A DNA stretch of 61,459 nt, filler included, from Sphacelaria rigidula (taxonomy: Eukaryota): NCBI GenBank assembly GCA_964200075.2. It is 8 parts of 8 records of this genome, joined end to end, with 100 filler letters (N's around TTAATTAATTAA, not from the genome) between each part and the next. Parts side by side here need not be neighbours in the genome. Positions count along the whole stretch, not along the records: positions 23,088 to 30,682 come from CAXNAA020014178.1; positions 30,783 to 38,377 come from CAXNAA020014179.1; 6 more parts are not named here. The stretch is one strand, 5' to 3'. Position numbers and translations under genes: made by a program. Shown here piece after piece: positions 24,010 to 35,721 of the stretch; the first letter of the stretch is position 1; every line of letters begins with the position of its first letter. Below the pieces are notes generated by a model. The model saw only the letters and a program-made list of their open reading frames with translations. It did no database searches and was not told where the DNA came from.

Positions 24010-27000
24010 GTGGATATACAATGGTCAAGGTCGCCTTGGCTTCTCGACCGTCGCGGCTAACTGCTTCTACAACTTTACTCACACTCACGAGTTTGGGCAC
24101 AACATGGGAGGGCACCACAATCGTGAGGACAGCAATTGGGATACGGAGTACTCGCATGGAAAACGATACTGCTCCGGCAGCGCACCGTGAGTGGTGCTAT
24201 ATAGTGTGTGCTGGGATGGTAGTGTTGTGTGATGTCAAACCAGCCTTAATATCGTATTCAAGATACTACTGACGCAATAGTCTGTTCAGGTCCAGCGCTA
24301 GATCTAATGTAAGCTGCAGTATGTAGCCTCTTACATGGGTGCAATACCGCACCGTAACAAACCATGCAAACACATCACACGGATCTACCGGCTGTGCCAT
24401 CTGCTTTATAAAAAAAAGGTTACGTCGAGGTACTGCGTTTATAGCGTTGGAGTAGTGGCCGCCGCGCCACGGTGGTGTAATGGTCCGACTGTCGCCATTT
24501 GGGTGGAGAGAGTGGGGGTTCGATTCCCGATGCGTTGGGTTTTTTATTTGTAGTGTTTGATTCTCACCGTTAGCAGNNNNNNNNNNGATTCCCACCGTGG
24601 AAAGCGTGAGAACGTGAGTAAACAAAACGTAGTCGACTGGGTTCGTGTGACGTGGGTTGACGCGGTGCGGGAGTGCTGATCCAATCCGCGAGATCAAAAT
24701 GAAAGGCACGTACCGGGGGAGAGATGGGTTGATCCCATGAGGCCACGGACTCATCCCGAGGAAGGGGAGGGGTTTAAAGTGTGAGGAAAAAACGAAAGTA
24801 GTGGTGATGGGAGGCAACCGTACACGCATGGCACCATTGCTCTGTATTGCGTTCGCACATGATTCATTTGGGTATATATATATGCCATTTCCGATCCGTA
24901 GAGGTTCCCACGCTTGAGCTGTGTTCAATTTGCGGCCGTTCCGTCGATCACCATGCGTTTTCGTTTTCGTCAGGCTGTTCCGGACGGTGATGACCTACCG
25001 GAACCAATGCTACGCAGCCCAGGTCATCAATTACTTCTCTAACCCGGAGATAGACTACCTCGGAAAGGCCACCGGATCTTCCACAGAAAACAACGCTAGG
25101 ACCGTCAGAGAAAATATGGTGAAAATCGCAGTGGTCGATACGTCATCATCCACGTCGTCGCGCCTCTGATGCGGATCCTGAAACAACTATGCGTCGTTTC
25201 TTTAGGTCTGGGATGCCCAGCACCATATAACTGTAGCTGTGCGAGATATTTAAATTGTCCTTATGTCGCATCGGATTTCCACAGGAAACAGTCTCGAACT
25301 GGAGGGCCCCTGTCGACACGCCTGCCCCCACGCCTTCTCCAACCCTGGCTCCACCCGAGAAATACTCATACGTGGGATGCTTCGCTGACTCGAAAGACGA
25401 CCGCGTGTTGAGTGGGACCTCCTTCAAGAACCAAGACGCATTGACCATCGAAGTAAGAGAATGATAACGTCGTGTGAATGCATACTTCATTGGTTCTCGA
25501 TGTACAGGTTCTGGACCATGATTTTAGAGTAGCCCAGCGACAAAGAGATAAAAAAATGTCACGACTCGAAGATAATCCAACCCCCGGGAAGGCGTATTTG
25601 TCATGTCCACAGGTTGGAGGAATACGAGACTATCTGCTCGCCAGGTGAAGAGTTCTTTGTAAGAGCATGACGTCGGCGCTGATTTCTTGGGTCCAGAGGG
25701 GCCAAACCGTCGCGTCTCCGGTTATCACGTGGCGTTGATCACATGAAGGTATACTAATGGACCAGGAACAATCCCCTTTGGACGACCCTTGAAGAACAAC
25801 ATCGACACCGTGTCCTTGCTTCGTCACCAACATCGCACTTTTTGATGGCCACGGTATCCCCGCTCGCTTTATCCGCCGTCCGCCCGCGTTGCTGCGCGTC
25901 CCACCTGTACCACCACGCTGCGAAGTCGTGCGCCACTTCGTGCGAAGGATCTGCGTACTTCGGCACTCAGTTTGGCGAAGAGTGCTACTGCAGCTCTGGA
26001 TCTGACGAGCTAGACAGCCTCGGGGAAGCCACTTGCAATATGGAGTGCTCTGGGGACGATAGTGAAACTTGCGGCGGCCGCCTCGCCATTAGCGTGTATG
26101 AGTACACGGGATATGCAGGGTGCTTCGTGGACAATGTAAGGGACCGTGTGCTCACCGCTGGTTCCTTCGTGGACGACGAAATGACCGCGGAGGTGAGGGA
26201 AGCCGGTGCAACCATACCTGGAATGATATAGATATGCGGCAACAGAAAGCTTAGGGGTATGCACCTCCTACCGTCTACTCGTTGTCCGCCATTTTGAGCC
26301 CCGGTGTTCAGGGGGGATTTTACATGTAGTAACATCAGACTGCATGGCGAACAGCTGCACCGACAAGTCATCATAGACCATACACCCGCTGCCTTGCAAC
26401 AAGCAAAGCGACCTTGACTCAAAACATGGTAGCTAAGTGCATATCATACCAATATTCGCCACCGATCTTGGGTACATCTCCAGCTAACCGCTCGTGGCAC
26501 GTATAGACTAACATGTTACCCAAACACTTGTTTGTCTCGCCGTGGACACACAGGTATGCGCGGCGTTATGTGAATATGCCCCTTTCTACGGAACCCAGTT
26601 TGGAAAAGAGGTGAGAAGCGACAGGCGACAATCATTCTCCCCCGCCCGCTGTGAGCCGTGGTTGCTCATACGCCAGCTGCCAGCTCATGCGAAGATCATC
26701 TCTGCTGATATGTAAAGGCCATCATATACAACAATCGTAGCCGATGTTGGCAGTTTATGCCACAGTCAACCAAGAGCCAGACTGACGAAGCGGGTGCTGA
26801 GCAGGGCGTGTATTATGGAAGGCAGTGTGGTCGATGGCGTGGTGTGGTGTACGTGGTGGAATTCGCCGTAGAAGCCCCCGAGGAGCGCAATGGCACCCGA
26901 AAAAATCACATCCTGATGCAAAAAGGACATCCAGATCGACGGGTTGCTAGGCGTGGCAACACCAGCGACATTTCCCGAGACTATCGAGTTGATAATGTGT

Positions 27001-30000
27001 GATCCGCTGTTTCGCACTGTGTCGTTGAATATTCGTCGCCCTTGTTCATACTACGTAACCCCCCCCCCCCCTTCAACAGTGCTTCTGCGGTGCCGGTGGG
27101 GATGACTTCGACCGCCTCGGCGAATCTACAGCCTGCACAATAGGCTGCTCCGGAGACGACAGCACGACGTGCGGTGGTCGCAACGCCATAAGCGTTTACT
27201 ACGGCGATTCAACCCCTGAGCCCACGCCAGCACCTACACCTGCGCCAGTCTCCGATCCGGGGGGGGAAGAATACACCTATCTGGGGTGCTTCGCCGACTC
27301 GGTCGTTGATCGTGTGCTGTCCGTATCAGCATCATTCAACGATGTTGAGTTGACCATTGATGTGAGGAAGAGTGAACCCTTTTACCGTTAGATCTCAAAC
27401 CTTTAGCACTAGTTGTTATCGTGCTCACTTCATGATTTGTTGCAGCACACCAACTCGCGCGACTCCATGATGAGTTATGGTGACATTGTCGCCTTCTGTC
27501 GTGAAGGATCAGATTCAAGGAAGATCGACAGCAGGGAAAACTGGGGCGAGACGCTACTACTGGCACTTCGGGTAGAATGTTGTGCTATTACACATGCTTG
27601 CCCATCGCTAACATGACGCGCTCCGTGCCCCTTGTGATTTTTACTGTAGGCGTGTGCCGATGCTTGCGAGGGATATGTGTTCTTCGGGACGGAGTTCGGC
27701 ACCGAGGTGAGCACAGCTGAGGCATCATTTGTCCTGCAGGATGTGCGTGTCATGGTTTGCCATATCCCGTTGCGACATTTTCCCAGATCCAGGTATTACG
27801 ACCGCTGTTCAGGATATGCGTGTACCATACAGCGGTGTCTTGTAGCAGCCGTTACGCCAGGAGGCCGACCTCGTAGACAGCTGGGGTCGGTGATTTGTTC
27901 AATCGGCACCAGGTACACTTGAAAAAGGATATCAAATTATGCATATGCAAGAGATCGACTACCCGGGCGGTAGATGGGTTAACATCTACGAACTTTGTCC
28001 AGCTCTGCGTGATACCATGTCGTCGTTCTTGGATATCGTCACCGTTCGAACCGAAAACTTAGTCGGGCTGCTCGTTTTCCGCACGTGCATCCGGTGCCGA
28101 TGGTGCAGATCCCATCCTCTTAGCACTAACGCAGCAGCCGCCTGCCACCTCTCTCAACAGTTTCTGCTCCTCCCGTATCTGTCTATACCTCACAGTGCTT
28201 CTGTGGAATGGCATCGGACGACCCCGACCGCCTCGGCGACGCCACGTGCAACATGGACTGCTCCGGCGACGCCAGCGAGACGTGCGGCGGGCGAAACGCG
28301 ATCAGCGTGTACGAGTTCACGGATTCCCCCTCGGGGTACGCGGGCTGCTTCGTGGACAGCGGTAGCGATCGTGTGCTCACCGGCCAATTCCTCAAGAATG
28401 AACCTACTATGAGCTTGACGGTACGAAAATGATCAATAGATGTGATGTGTGGTTCTACAGACAACATCTGTCTATGGTTTGTCCGTTTGGCTGCAGCTGT
28501 GATGACCAAGAGATCAACCCAGCGTTACATTCGGGAGTCTACATCCATCTGACTGGTGTTTGTCTTCAACGACAGAACGCAACATATATATATATATATA
28601 TATATCGACCACGTGTATTACCGCTAATATGAGTAACACGGTTCTAGATCTCGTAATTGCGTGTTGCATCATACTCGCGTACACACCACCTACGTGGAAA
28701 CACGTGCTCCGTCAGCTGATGTACTAACCTCCACTTCCGTGTGATTATTCAATACAGGTCTGCGCGACATTCTGTAGCGGTGCTCCCTTTTATGGGACAG
28801 AATTCGGAAAGGAGGTGAGTAACCTCATGTTTACCTATCATATGGCTGATCCAATTTTCTCGCACGTTTCTCGACTAGCCGACCGACCGTGGGAACGACA
28901 GAGTCTGTGGGTCAGTAGCCTCGGATACGCCCGTGTCGCGTATGTCGACCTTCTCTATCTTCCAGTCCTTGTCCAGCGAATTCCGTCCGGAACACTTTAC
29001 TTCCCCTCTGAGCCTGCTTTGATCACACCGATAGCCACCCTCTTTCCCTCCAACATGCAGACTTCTACATCACCATATGTGTCACACGCTGTTCATGTGT
29101 CACGATTCGTTATGACTCCCTACTCGCAGTGCTTCTGTGGTGTCAACGGAGATAACTTCGACCGTCTCGGCGAATCCAGCGCATGCACAATGAATTGTGC
29201 CGGCGACGACAGCAAGATCTGCGGTGGGCGCAGCGCGATTAGTGTATACTACGGCGACTCCATGCCCACCACTCCGACCTACCTCGGATGTTACGAGGAC
29301 GAGAGCAACAGCCGCATTTTCACTGAGAGGATCGCCGTGGACGCCGCGGCCATGACCACCGAGGTGAGCTGCAAACAGCAGGGGATACTCATGTAGTTCC
29401 TCACGCCAACCAATTCATGTGTACACTGTAGAAGAATGCTCAAGAACGAATGCCACGTCTTCCGTGTCTACTCTTGTCCCGGTTCCCACCAATTTCACTT
29501 CGCCATCTTGCCAACACAGAAGAGCATGGTGGCTGTTCTATTTATGATACCGGTTGATCCTCACAGAGGACGATGTGCTTGGTCACCACACTGACTGTGT
29601 TGTATCTGCGTGTTCGCGGAGAAATCCAACACCATACCTCAATTTCTGATGCCATTGACCAAGATCTGCCGCTCCTGTCGACCGTTCATTTCCGTTTGTC
29701 CTTAAAATTCTAGCTATGCGAGGATGCATGCAGGGGCTACGCCTTCTTCGGGACGCAGTATGGTCAAGAGGTAAGTGCACGATTTGTGCTAGCTGTTGTC
29801 CAACGGTGCAGCCAACCGATATACATTGCTATCAACGGAGCCGAGAAAAGTGGATAACGTGCTTTGTCTTCTTTCGTTGTCTGCCCTTCATCCATTCGTC
29901 TGTATTCTACGACACGTCACCTTCAAGTGCTGCGTACGTTGTAAATGTTTCCCGTAACTAACTTCCAGTGCTGGTGTGGTGATGCGTCTACGGACTACGA

Positions 30001-30097
30001 TAAGAACGGCGTCTCCGAAGGGTGTACCTTTGAGTGTCCCGGCAACTCTGCCGATATCTGCGGAGGTCGCTGGGCAGCGAGCGTCTACGAGTTATAA
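24010..30097 (+). CDS. Metzincin zinc metalloprotease (peptidyl-Asp M72 / reprolysin-like) with five C-terminal WSC domains; 5' exons not located. Exons 24010-24186, 24974-25118, 25285-25452, 25926-26192, 26554-26610, 27080-27361, 27650-27706, 28196-28420, 28758-28814, 29130-29363, 29714-29770, 29969-30097
   Basis: Spliced translation gives HEFGHNMGGHH (HEXXHXXGXXH), Met-turn RTVMTY, YFSNP and NNARTV, a Pro/Thr linker, then five Y.GCF.D...C...C....FGT.FG.EC.C...C...C.G.....CGG..A.SVY units. All junctions are GT-AG and frame-consistent. TAA at 30095-30097. Confidence 0.92.
24459..24796 (+). mobile_element. tRNA-derived SINE family B in an intron, with 8-bp TSD AGTAGTGG; 3' fragment at ~43780-43870
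   Basis: A-box TGGTGTAATGG, B-box GGTTCGATTCC, A-rich tail. AGTAGTGG at 24451-24458 and 24797-24804. Confidence 0.8.
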
Positions 30098-30587
30098 ATC
30101 AGCATAGCACAAACTCCACAACATCTTTCCGAGGCATCTTCACCGAGAAAGGGCAACCGTAGCGCGTCCTCTGACATCACGACAGCGACCCACCACTGTA
30201 GATCCATGAGGCAGTCAATGGTGCAGGTACCAGCTGATGATACCCTCAGACAGCGCGTCGTACGTGTCAGCACTTGATTACAAGTGTACCTCACGCATGC
30301 TTCCAGCGCCGGAGTGATGAACTGAAAAAAAAAGTACAAATCGTGGGGTGTTGGTTTTCAAACATGGGGGCTCGTGGTGAAATTTGATCAAGTGTAGTTA
30401 CTGTGTGCTTTCATTTCGACGGGGATTGATCCTACGATAGTGTGTGTGGGAGAGGGTTAATACACTTACGGTGCGTCTTTATTCGGGTAAAAACGTTGTC
30501 CAGTAGCATGTATGGATGAGTGTATTTATCGATAACATCCGAGTTGAGACAGCTATTGCTACTTTTGCGGAAGAAATGACCCGAGCT

Positions 30588-30628
<41 letters not shown>

Positions 30629-30640
30629 AAAAACGACAAG

Positions 30641-30682
<42 letters not shown>

Positions 30683-31685
30683 NNNNNNNNNNNNNNNNNN
30701 NNNNNNNNNNNNNNNNNNNNNNNNNNTTAATTAATTAANNNNNNNNNNNNNNNNNNNNNNNNNNNNNNNNNNNNNNNNNNNNGTTCAATGGTCGAACGAC
30801 TAAGTCAAGCAACCGATGAGTCCCCCAACCCCCCCCCCCCCTCCACTTCCTTCGACTACGGCATGCAAGATGATGAGTACAACCCCCTTCCTTCCTTGGG
30901 ACAACAAGCCGGTGCACAGCCTCGAACCATCTTTCCTTCGATGCCTTCTGTGTGCTTCATCATCGAGCCCTATACATCAACACTGCCACACCCAGTCCAT
31001 TTCCTGCTGTATCGAACGGTACAATTTTGTGTCGCACTCTAAAAAATAATCTCCTCATCAATTTTGCACAGCACATACTTGGCGTACATTGGAAATAAAT
31101 CTCGGCGCTCCCGGATCCCGTACGTACACAAGGTCACCCGGTGAATAAGATGTCATTACTCACCACCACCGCAGACAACTAAGACCGCCGCGACCATCAA
31201 GCATGTGCAAAGGCCAGCTCGCAAATCGTCTGAAGGTTTCAGGATGGCACAGTAACAAGACGGCGTACGGTACTGCACGGCACGTTATCAAATACGAAGT
31301 AACTGACCCCTTGAGGGCCGAGTCCTCCTCAGGTGGACCCTGGGTGGGCCGCCAGGGACACGGGGAAACTTTAGTTGAAAACAATGTGAACGGACCAGAG
31401 GGGTGGGAGTCACGGAATAAAATGCGTAATGCTGTCATCGTCAATGATTATGCAGAAGACAGAACCGAGCTCACTAGCTACGGCATCGAGGGATTGCCAC
31501 TGGTTTTAAGCATTAGATGGTGACGATAAAGGTTTAATATTTTTCGGGGGGAAAATAATGACTGCCCTTCTTACGTGGCACGTCGAATAGAGCTGTACAC
31601 TCTAAGCATTATTCTTTTGAGTGGAGTGTCCTGCCTGCGATGGCGTTCTCCTGCTGCTGCTGCTGCTGCTATGTCTGCACCACAG

Positions 31686-32626
31686 GGATCCCACCGGATC
31701 TAGGCATTCCAGAGGCTGAGTTGCTGGGGCGGGCTTTCGATCACATCCTGCATCTATCAAGCATTAAACGATCCTCGCCACACACGGACGGGTCAGGGTC
31801 GACCGACACTCCCGAGACAAGCGCAGGCAGCAGCAACAACAACGGCCGCAACGATGGCAATGCCGACACCGGTCGACGCGAGCACAGCATCCACAGCAGC
31901 ACCGAAGCAGGGCCGGCAATAACGTCATCATCAGCCGAAGAAAAAGTATCGTCATCACCATCATCATCGTCGTCGGAAGTCACGGCAACAGCATCGAAAC
32001 AAGGTTATGGGTACAGATCAATCGCACGACGACCATCTTCCGCACGAGGACACGGCAACGCATCTTCTTCAGGAAGCTCCCGCCTCAAAAGCAGCGACAG
32101 CAGTAGCGCCACCGACGACGTAACTCCCAAGACGAGCGTTTCTCCCGACGGCAACACTTGTCCACGAGTCCCCGCAAGAGAAATAATACGTCTGTTGTTG
32201 GGGGGCTTCATCGAAGACTTTCGGCGCGAGAGTCCGTCCCTGACCGCCGCTTGCATTTTCTCAGAATTCTCTCTGGGTTTGGAGTGCGCCGCGGGCGACG
32301 TCACATCATCACCAGCAGATATCGCCACCATCACTACCAACGCTCGTATCAGGCAGAGGGGTTCGGAAGGCGCCGTGAAAAGCCATCAAGAAGTGGAAGA
32401 CGAGAAGGTCGTAGCGAACGAAGAACAAGGGAGTGATTGTACGGCGGGACGCAGCGGCGGCAGCAAGGGAAATGCGGAAGTACTGGTGTCGAAGGCAGAG
32501 TTTCGCGAGTACTTTCAAGCCGTAACGGATTTGGTGGACCTTAACGGATTAAGTCTCGTGAGTCTTGGAGAATTTAGCAGTTGTTCCACCGTTACCAACA
32601 GCGACATCGACGGGGTGACGCATTAG
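31686..32626 (+). CDS. Probable terminal exon of an unknown Ser-rich protein with a possible degenerate EF-hand-like end
   Basis: Long ORF after a CACAG acceptor. Low-complexity Ser tracts lie between helical segments (ELLGRAFDHIL; VSKAEFREYFQAV). Confidence 0.5.
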
Positions 32627-34659
32627 GGTCATCAGCGAGTACTACTGCTTGTTCAGAACCTAACTACACCTGTCACGCTCATACCATTCGATTACCGTCT
32701 GAGACTAAAGAAAATCATGATTGCAAGGTAACTTGCGAGTATCGTCTATCTGGTATTACTCAAAAGTCGGCCCACCTAAGTCAAGTTGGTAGTGATGGTA
32801 CACATCACTGCTAAGGGTACAACGGTGCAAGGTCATCGCACGTTAGCGCTCTCACCGCCAGGGGAGGTAAATCATTTTGAAAATAAGCGGCACAGCCTTG
32901 ACTGGAAAAAATGAGTGGCCAGAGACCTAAATAGTAGTCCACCCTGGGGATCGAGGGGTTAACGGCCGTCTTCACGATTCACTGAAGAACGTTAGCTAAA
33001 TTGTGCTCTTTTGTTTTTAGAGTACTATCATCGTGAACAGCTCCAGTGCTCCCCTATAGGCCGTATGCACCCCCAAACCCCTATTGATGTAGAACGCGTG
33101 TGCTCTGTCAATCACGCGGAGAATCAATTGCGGTCCCTGGGCATTCCGCAATTTTCACAGAAAAGTGGGGTCGAAATTTGACGTCCGTGCCAATTGCTTC
33201 TACATGGAGGAAATCTCTGTGCTGATGGTCCGTTGTCCGTCGCGTCAACGGACGGCAACGGGTGTGTGTGCCAACAAATTGACGCAAGAGGTTTGCCCAG
33301 TAACCGCAAATACTTTTGCATGCGGTGTGCAGCAATTGACTGCTATCCGTTACGCGATCAATTCGCTACGTGAACAATGCGATACGTGAACAACCCAACT
33401 CAGACCACGCCGCGGTAGGGGAAATTTGGGATACATGGGAATACTATATACATGTATATATGTGAGGAACGCGTATCGCTGGGGTAGACAGACTAAGGAG
33501 GAGGCTGTCTTGGGAGATGTCATCCTGATGTCGAAGGCACTCCAAGGCTGGCGATGATTTCCGCTCGTATACTTCCTCCGTTCCATATATAAGGTCTGTT
33601 ATGGGGGATAGGCCGTACCTCGCCAACGGAGGTGCTCATGGTGTTATGGTTAGGTTCGTTGAAAATATATAGTTGTGGAGATGGCCACTGAAAAAAACAA
33701 AATCGAAATAATCGACCTACAACCTTAGAATCGTTGGGTCAAGCATAGCCGAATTTCGACCAAATTTCGCCAACCGGTACAGTGTCGGCCGAATTTCGAC
33801 GAATTTCGCTTGTTTTGACGTGATTGAAGGCTGCAATGTAAACGAGTGGTTTCGGACTAGGCGTGGCTATCGCATGCCAGCGATGAACCGGAGAAAAAGA
33901 GCCAGTTTTACTTATTTTCGCGATTTTTGCCGTTTTTCGGGTTTCCAGAGTTCTTCTCTGTGTTATGGGAAAGGGGCGAAATGTGGTCATTTATGGGCCA
34001 ACTGATCGTTTACCGGTCATTCGCGCACGCTGACTGCTACGCAACAAGGAAAAAAAAAGCCGCAGTTCAACTAAAAAAAACTGAACATTAAAAAAATATC
34101 GCCTACGGCATTGAACACGGCTAAGGGTCCGTGTGATCATATCGGACTTTACTTATGGGACAGAGGAAGTATGGAGGCAAGAAGTTGGGTCACACGAGAA
34201 GTGGTCGCCCGGGGGCGACCAGTACCTCGGGGGATGTTGGTCCGTCCAAATAACAGGCTCTTCCTGGCATCATCCCAAGTTGTGTAGTATCGTTGGATTT
34301 ACAGGGTCCTCGGTAATCTGGTCCTCTCGGACCGTTCCTACCTTGTACCTGCATGCTCTTGTTCTTCATACATGTGTGGCATCAGTCTCTGATATGTCAC
34401 TGCTTCCACATTTCCCCCCCTTTATGCGCCTCGAGCCCATCAGGACTGGGGTTGATGGGACGAGGCGATCATCAGCTTCGCTGATGGTATAATCGTGGAA
34501 GTGTCTTTGAGTCACAATCAGTGATTGAATCACGCCACCGCTAATCGCAAAGGTAGCCCTTCTCTATACTGTGGTATTGAGTACACACCCCCGGTAAATT
34601 TCAGCTACCTATGGTCAGTAATAGTGCGTGTATCGCAAACCTCTAATTTTGGTTTTCTC

Positions 34660-35515
34660 TGTCATGTAGCTGTGACATATGTGACATGTTTCCGTCAGAT
34701 GCATTTGCACTTTGGTGCTAGTTGCATCTGTTGGTATGCATGACTGGGCACTGGGACACTGATCGGTCCACGGGCGCATGGGTTATTCCTGCCCGGGTTC
34801 TGGGATGCCTTCGGTTCCACTGACACCGGAGTGGGACTAAGTTCTCGCGTTAGTAACAAGGCGGTGTGCAAGATGTTTATTTCTTAACCTGTGAGCATTG
34901 TGCTCTTTTGGCTGAACATCGTCAAAATGACCCTTGCTTCTTGTCATTTTGTGTCATGTAACTGCGTCATGTGTGACAAATTTGTGATGGGATGCATTTG
35001 CACTTTGGTGCTGGCTGCATCAGTTAGGTATACATGACTAGGCACTGGGACACTAACCGGTCCACGGGCGCTTGAGGTATTCATGCCTGGGTTTTGGGAT
35101 GCCTTCGGTTCCACTGGCACCGGAATAGGACAAAGTCCTCGCGTAAGTAATAAAGCGGTGGGTCTGATGCTTATCTTGCAAGCATTGCACTCTTTGGTGA
35201 AACATCGACACAATCTTTGCTCTCATCATTTTGTGGCATGTAGGTGTGTCATAGGTGACATTTTTCCATGAGATGCGTTTACCCTTTGGTGCTGGATGCA
35301 TCTGCTGTTTATACATGCCTGGGCACTGGGGCACTGATCGGTCCACGGGCGTCTGGGTTATTTATGTCCGGGTTCTGCGATGCCTTCGGTTCCGCTGACA
35401 CCGGTGTGGTACAAAGTCCTCGCGTTAGTAACAAAGCGGTGGGTATGATGTTTATCTTGCGAGCATTGTGCTCTTTGGTTAAACATCATCGAAATGATCT
35501 TTGCTTCTTGTCAAC
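34660..35515. repeat. ~290-bp tandem triplication at the 3' side of the gypsy element
   Basis: GGCACTGGGACACTGATCGGTCCACGGGCG...GATGCCTTCGGTTCC recurs at ~34747, ~35041 and ~35322. Confidence 0.9.
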
Positions 35516-35721
35516 AACTACCCCCATTGCTGAGAGGCTATATTCCTTGGGAAGTTGCACCCCCGTCACCGCTGACATGTCAGATATTCTTCCGTTCATG
35601 TCTGCATAGTTCTAACGTCGTTTTGTTTTTATTTACTGTCATTGACCTCCGCATTGTGACCCTAGGCTACTGCTCAACCCTTGAGCGTTTTGCTGGGACG
35701 CTCGAACAGTCTGTTGAACAA

